From: Gemmata obscuriglobus
GTDB lineage: Bacteria > Planctomycetota > Planctomycetia > Gemmatales > Gemmataceae
Length of the DNA stretch: 32,000 bases
Assembly: GCF_008065095.1 (NCBI RefSeq)
Contig: NZ_CP042911.1
Location: forward strand, 4,620,001-4,652,000
Direction of reading: 5' to 3'
Part shown: piece after piece, positions 24,983 through 32,000 of the stretch
How the letters are laid out: the number at the start of each line of letters is the position of its first letter
Position numbering within the stretch: position 1 is the stretch's first letter
The notes under the pieces: generated by a model
What the model saw: the letters and a program-made list of their open reading frames with translations, nothing else
The model's database searches: none
What the model was told of the DNA's origin: nothing
Made by a program: the position numbers and the translations under genes

Positions 24983-27391
24983 TTACTTTTCGCCGGTGAT
25001 CGTTCGGATCGCGTCGCCAGCAGCCATGGCGAGTTCGACCGCGCTTGAGTCGAACAGTTGACGCAGTTCGGGCAGCGCATCGCGCGCGTCGGGTCCGATC
25101 GCCCTCAGCGCCGAGCAGGCCGGTTTTAGCTCGGAACCAAAAAACGCGTCGAGCGGCTCCTTCTCCCTGCGCAGCACTTTCCTCAGGGCGGGTACGGCAG
25201 CCTTCGCTTTCGGCCCGTATTTCTCCAGCCCGGACATCACTGCCGTTAGGTCGCCATATCGTTCGAGGCAGCGCGCAGCGACCGGAATCAGTTCCGGGAA
25301 GTCCGGCGGGAGTCGCCCAAACGCGTAAGCCGCTATCCACGCCCCCGGGCGCCCGCCGACGAACGGCCCGGTCGCCGTGTCGGGCTCCGGGTCTCCGCAT
25401 TGCACGAACCGAGGAGCAGAACGCCCGCTGGCGAGCCGCTCCAGTTCGCCAGCCATCAGCCGGCGCAGCGCGGGGGTGTCGCCGGTGATCCGGGCCAGCG
25501 CGTAAGCCGCCGCGAACCGTAAGCCGGCGTCCGGGTCGAGTAACAGTTTCTTCAGCGCGGGCACGGCGTCTTTTGCAGCCGCGCCGCGGTCGCCCAGATC
25601 GAACGCAGCCCCGACCCGCTTTGCGTCACCCACCGCTCGCAGCACGTCGATCAACTCCGGAACGCCGGGAGAGCGCGGCTCGTGTTCCGGTTGCAATTCC
25701 GGGATGAGCGTGCCTGCCCCGTCGCGGTCCCGTTTTCGTTCGGCCAAAGCCCGTGCCGCGGCGGACCCTTTCGGCGCTCCCGCCTGAATCGCCCAGGCTG
25801 CGGCCCGATTGATTTCCTCGTCCTTATCGTCGAGCAGGGGAACGAGCGCGTCGAGGTGCGGCACGCCGACCGGACCGAGCCACTCCAGACGAGTTGCGGC
25901 CTCGGCGCGAATCTCGGGGTCGGCGCGGCGGAGGAACCGCCTGCCCGCGAGTGGCGCCGCGTCTTTCGGGTCGAAGCTCAACCAGGCGGCCGTGTACGCC
26001 GCGTCGAGCGCCAGCTTGACGTCCGGGGCATGGGCCAACGTACGGAGTTTCGGGAGAGCAACCGCCGACCACTGCCTCGAACCCCGGAGCTGCTCGACAG
26101 CAAACTTGCGCATGTAGACCGAGTCCGAGTCGAGGAGCGTGGCGAGTGTGCGGAAGCCCGGCTCGCCGAACCGCCCGATGCGGGGGAGACGCCAATACCC
26201 CTCGTACTTTGTGAGCAGCTCTTTGACGGCCGGATCGCGAAGCAACTCGATTATCGCGTCCCGGGCGGCGGCGGGAACCTTGGTCGGGTGATCACACAAG
26301 AAGTCAGCGGCGATCAGTCGATCTTCCACCTCCGGGTTCTTGAGAGTTGCGACCAGCCCCGGTACGAACGGCATGAGGTCCAGCGCCGGCGCGTCCGGGC
26401 GGTAGAAGTGCGGGAAGCGCCCGTTTGAGTGGTAATCGTAGTCGCGAAGCGCCAAGACCAATCCGCCCTGCGCGTTCGTTTCCTTCGCGAGCAGTTCTGC
26501 GAACGCCTTGCGCCCGGTCGGTCCGAGGCCGAGCAGCGCCTTCCCGGCATACATCCGGTGCAGTCCGTCCTCACCCTTGCGGACGATCGTGGCCAACGCC
26601 GGAACGAGCGGCGCCCCCGCCTCCCCGAGAACGCTCAGAACATCAGCGCTCGAGCCGGCGGGACCAAATTCGCCGGTCTTCACTTCCTCGGCCAGGACTG
26701 GGAGGATCTTGTCGGTAATCGCCGGTACCGCCTTCGGACCGATCCGCACGAGTGCCAGAACGGCCGCCACGCGCGGCGGCGGGGGCAACCAACTCGACCC
26801 CACCAGATTCTGGTCGTGCTTGTTCGTGGGATTCAAGAACAGCGCCACCAGTTCAGGAGCGGCCTTCTCGGCGCCGGGTCCGAGTTTTGCCAGAATTCCT
26901 GCGGCAAAAACCCGCATGTCTTGGCTGTCGTGAGCAAGTAACTTTGCCAGAGCGGGAGCGACCGGGGCCGCATCTTGACCGAGTTCGGCGATGAGCCAGC
27001 CCACCTCTCCGTGGATTTCGCCCTTCTGATCCACCATCAATTCCATGAGCGCGGGCGCCGACTTCGCCCCGATGCCCACGAGCGCATCGAGTGCGGCTTG
27101 GTACAGGCACCCGCCGGCGCGTCTCGTTTCTGCGTCCCCCTCGCTCGCCAAGCGCCGAGCGGTCTGTGCGGCGCGCGATAGCGCCGGGATCGCCTCGGCG
27201 GCGGCCGGCCCGAGGTCGCCGAGTTGCTCGGCCGCGATGACCCGCTCCCCGGGCGCTCCCGACTCCAACTGCCGCACGAGGTCCGTGACCTTGGGCGGGT
27301 CCGCAGCGCACACAGGACCGGCAAAGAGCAAACCGGCGACGGTGAAGACGCAGCGCAGCATGAGACCTTCCCGACGAGTGATGGGCGGCAT
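24983..27391 (-). CDS. Secreted HEAT/armadillo-like repeat protein
   Basis: Signal peptide LRCVFTVAGLLFAGPVCA. The motifs R..AA.ALG.LGP.A..A.PAL recur throughout (for example AAEQLGDLGPAAAEAIPAL, FAAGILAKLGPGAEKAAPEL). An alternative start is the ATG at 27361, preceded by GGAAGG. Confidence 0.85.
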   Translation of the reverse strand: MPPITRREGLMLRCVFTVAGLLFAGPVCAADPPKVTDLVRQLESGAPGERVIAAEQLGDLGPAAAEAIPALSRAAQTARRLASEGDAETRRAGGCLYQAALDALVGIGAKSAPALMELMVDQKGEIHGEVGWLIAELGQDAAPVAPALAKLLAHDSQDMRVFAAGILAKLGPGAEKAAPELVALFLNPTNKHDQNLVGSSWLPPPPRVAAVLALVRIGPKAVPAITDKILPVLAEEVKTGEFGPAGSSADVLSVLGEAGAPLVPALATIVRKGEDGLHRMYAGKALLGLGPTGRKAFAELLAKETNAQGGLVLALRDYDYHSNGRFPHFYRPDAPALDLMPFVPGLVATLKNPEVEDRLIAADFLCDHPTKVPAAARDAIIELLRDPAVKELLTKYEGYWRLPRIGRFGEPGFRTLATLLDSDSVYMRKFAVEQLRGSRQWSAVALPKLRTLAHAPDVKLALDAAYTAAWLSFDPKDAAPLAGRRFLRRADPEIRAEAATRLEWLGPVGVPHLDALVPLLDDKDEEINRAAAWAIQAGAPKGSAAARALAERKRDRDGAGTLIPELQPEHEPRSPGVPELIDVLRAVGDAKRVGAAFDLGDRGAAAKDAVPALKKLLLDPDAGLRFAAAYALARITGDTPALRRLMAGELERLASGRSAPRFVQCGDPEPDTATGPFVGGRPGAWIAAYAFGRLPPDFPELIPVAARCLERYGDLTAVMSGLEKYGPKAKAAVPALRKVLRREKEPLDAFFGSELKPACSALRAIGPDARDALPELRQLFDSSAVELAMAAGDAIRTITGEK

Positions 27392-27595
27392 GATACCGGA
27401 TGAGCGTGTAACGGTCTATCGTGGCGGGCGTTGGCCTCCGGACCGGTGATCTCCGCTCGGGGAGATGAGCGGCAGAGAGTCGCCGCCGCGGCGGACCACA
27501 AGGCCTCGTTCCTCATGCCCGTGAGCGTAACTGACCGTGACGGTGGTCATCCGGCGTTCGCACCGGTCACCCGAACCCTAACTCCCCGCAATCCG

Positions 27596-27855
27596 GTAGT
27601 TTCAAGTTCGTTGGCTGTGCGCCGCCCGTCTGCTGACGCAGGCGGTTCGGCAAACCTCGGTCGAACCGCCTGCGTCAGCAGACGGGTGACATCTGGACGT
27701 GTTCCGAGCCGGAGATTGATCCCGTCACGGCTATTGCCAACTTGAAACTACTGTAAACGGTATCGATGCGTCCGGCTCCACATCTTCGCCCGTTTGGGCG
27801 GTAGCGTCCGTTCAAACCCGAATGATGCGGATTTGGCAGTGATACCGTTTGCAGT
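27596..27855. repeat. Composite of nested and serial inverted repeats in the kinase 3' region (structured RNA, terminator or MITE-like element)
   Basis: Inner perfect 25-bp arms at 27625-27649 / 27662-27686 with a 12-nt loop. Outer 13-bp perfect arms GTAGTTTCAAGTT (27596-27608) / AACTTGAAACTAC (27739-27751). A separate 14/15 pair, ACTGTAAACGGTATC (27750-27764) / GATACCGTTTGCAGT (27841-27855). Confidence 0.75.
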
Positions 27856-27882
27856 GTTTTCGTGGCGAGGAGGGGTGTCGGC

Positions 27883-30513
<2,631 letters not shown>

Positions 30514-30634
30514 CCTCGCAACGAATCGGGCGGGGCGTGCGGGTGCGGCGCCGCAGGTCCGGGAACCTGCGGCGAACGGCCCGCTGTGAACGGTAGGTCA
30601 CGATCGAGGGAGGTGTGACCGCAATTCGAAACGC

Positions 30635-30701
30635 GCCGCGGCGTTCAGCCGCGGCCTGAAAAGGCAGCAAAAAAGCACAGCCGCGCGGGCCGTTTTCAGG
30701 C
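30635..30701 (-). terminator. Tandem hairpins downstream of trpS
   Basis: On the minus strand after the stop at 30718: GCCTGAAAA / TTTTCAGGC (30654-30662 / 30693-30701), then GCCGCGGC (5-nt loop) GCCGCGGC (30635-30655), followed by gcgtttcg. Confidence 0.45.
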
Positions 30702-30717
30702 GTGAACGAAGGTCACT

Positions 30718-31797
30718 TTACACCGGACGAGAGCCCATCCCGACGGACTGCCGCACCAGTTGCAACGTGATCTGCGCCGCCGCACGGGCCTTCCGGGCGC
30801 CGGCGGTGAGCACCTCCTCGACGTACCCCGGGTCGCGCGCGAGTTGCTTCCGGCGCTCGCGGGCCGCGGCGAAGTAAGAATCGATCTTCGCGAGCAGCAG
30901 GGTCTTCGCGTCGCCGTACCCGAACGGCCGGCCGCCGCGCCCCTCCGCCCCCTTCATCGGGTTCCGGTACAGGTCGGCCATCTCGGCCTGCTCGGCCGCC
31001 GTCGAGAACAGCTTGTACAGCGCAAACGCGTTGCACTTGTCCGGGTTCTTCGGCTCCTCAACGGGCGTCGAATCGGTCACCACACCCATCACGGCGTTCT
31101 TGAGCGGCTTGCCTTCAGCGAAGATCTCGATGGTGTTGCCGTAAGACTTGCTCATCTTCTGGCCGTCGGTACCCGGCACGACCGCGGCTTCGTTATACAC
31201 GCCATCCGGGAGCGGGAAAATCTCTCCGTAGGCGTTGTTGAACGCCCCGGCGACATCGCGGGTCATCTCCAGGTGCTGCTCCTGGTCCTTGCCCACCGGC
31301 ACGAGGTGCGAACGGTAGATGAGGATGTCGGCGGCCATCAGCAGCGGGTAGGTGAACAGCCCGACGCTCGGGGTGATCCCACGTGCGACCTTGTCCTTGT
31401 AGGAGTGGGCACGTTCGAGGTGAGCCGTTCCGAACACCGACGAAAAAAACCACGCGAGCTCACACACCTCGGGCACGTCGGACTGGCGGAAGAAGCTCGC
31501 TTTGGCGGGATCGAGACCGAGCGCGAGGTAGTCGAGGGCGACATCGCGAACGTTTTCGGCCAGGATCTGCCGCGCGGGCCGGGGGGTGATGGACTTGTTC
31601 TTCGCGGCCGTCCCGGCTTCCTTCTCCTCAGCTTCTTTAAGCGACGTGAGCGCGTGGTAGTCGGCGATGAAGTAGAAGCACTCGCCCGTGTCCTGTCGCT
31701 CGATGTGCTGCTTGATCGCGCCGAAATAATTCCCCAGGTGCAACTTGCCCGACGGCTGCACGCCACTGAGGATGCGCGGGCGGACGGAAACGGTCAT
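30718..31797 (-). CDS. trpS: Tryptophan--tRNA ligase
   Basis: Motifs SGVQPSGKLHLGNYFG (HIGH-type), GKDQEQHLEMTRD and KMSKS. The track start at 31803 is a TTG. The ATG at 31797 has GGAG about 8 nt upstream and is preferred. Confidence 0.93.
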   Translation of the reverse strand: MTVSVRPRILSGVQPSGKLHLGNYFGAIKQHIERQDTGECFYFIADYHALTSLKEAEEKEAGTAAKNKSITPRPARQILAENVRDVALDYLALGLDPAKASFFRQSDVPEVCELAWFFSSVFGTAHLERAHSYKDKVARGITPSVGLFTYPLLMAADILIYRSHLVPVGKDQEQHLEMTRDVAGAFNNAYGEIFPLPDGVYNEAAVVPGTDGQKMSKSYGNTIEIFAEGKPLKNAVMGVVTDSTPVEEPKNPDKCNAFALYKLFSTAAEQAEMADLYRNPMKGAEGRGGRPFGYGDAKTLLLAKIDSYFAAARERRKQLARDPGYVEEVLTAGARKARAAAQITLQLVRQSVGMGSRPV

Positions 31798-32000
31798 CGT
31801 CAAAACTCCAATCGGCGCAACGTTTCACGCCCGGGGTCACAAGAGCCAGCGGTGCGAACGCCGGACTACGAAACGGTCGCCCGTACAGGGTTCAAAGCGA
31901 CCGACCGTCAACACAGAAAGTCGCCGCACGGGTCGCGGTTAAAGCCGGGGTGTTCGGAACCCAGGCGGGGGTGCGAATCCCTGGTCCGCCTTGGGCTTTT

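Noticed and set aside
31940-31990. tRNA or tmRNA 3'-end-like sequence GGGGGTGCGAATCCCTGGTCCGCC near the window end
   Set aside because: The T-loop has G at the invariant second position (TGCGAAT). The T-stem has a mismatch, and no complementary 5' acceptor strand (GGCGGAC) occurs about 65-70 nt upstream.

Overview
High-GC bacterial chromosomal segment. The gene content points to Planctomycetota, probably Gemmataceae-like; this is an inference from the DUF1501, DUF1549/DUF1553, DUF1573, HEAT-repeat and large membrane Ser/Thr kinase families, not a database result. I support 22 protein-coding genes. They are a 5'-truncated PAS hybrid histidine kinase, an SRPBCC/DUF2892 protein, a Zn-dependent alcohol dehydrogenase, a cytoplasmic GH13 alpha-amylase, a minus-strand redox cluster (Rex, SDR, Tat-signal Gfo/Idh/MocA oxidoreductase, SDR, small disordered protein), a DUF1573 protein, an Sfp-type phosphopantetheinyl transferase, an 81-aa basic protein, a hemolysin-III/PAQR protein, an ABC-F ATPase, a DUF1501 / lipoprotein / DUF1549-DUF1553 trio, UDP-glucose 6-dehydrogenase, a CrtI-like FAD oxidoreductase, a secreted HEAT-repeat protein, a zinc-ribbon membrane Ser/Thr kinase, and TrpRS. 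I recognised no rRNA, tRNA, CRISPR array, transposase, integrase, reverse transcriptase or known defence gene. I found no convincing multi-gene novel system, and most of the window looks like ordinary chromosome. The parts not explained by genes are noncoding. First, a 1.2-kb ORF-poor, visibly less GC-rich gap (about 5927-7146) holds a same-strand cluster of seven exact GGTAGC hexamers, shuffled duplicated sequence modules and several perfect hairpins. Second, there is a 40-bp-stem palindromic element at 8579-8670. Third, there is a nested inverted-repeat composite at 27596-27855. Fourth, a 390-nt convergent intergenic region (13484-13874) contains a perfect 15-nt palindrome. The many very long extra ORFs in the track are codon-aligned antisense or off-frame shadows typical of high-GC DNA and are rejected.
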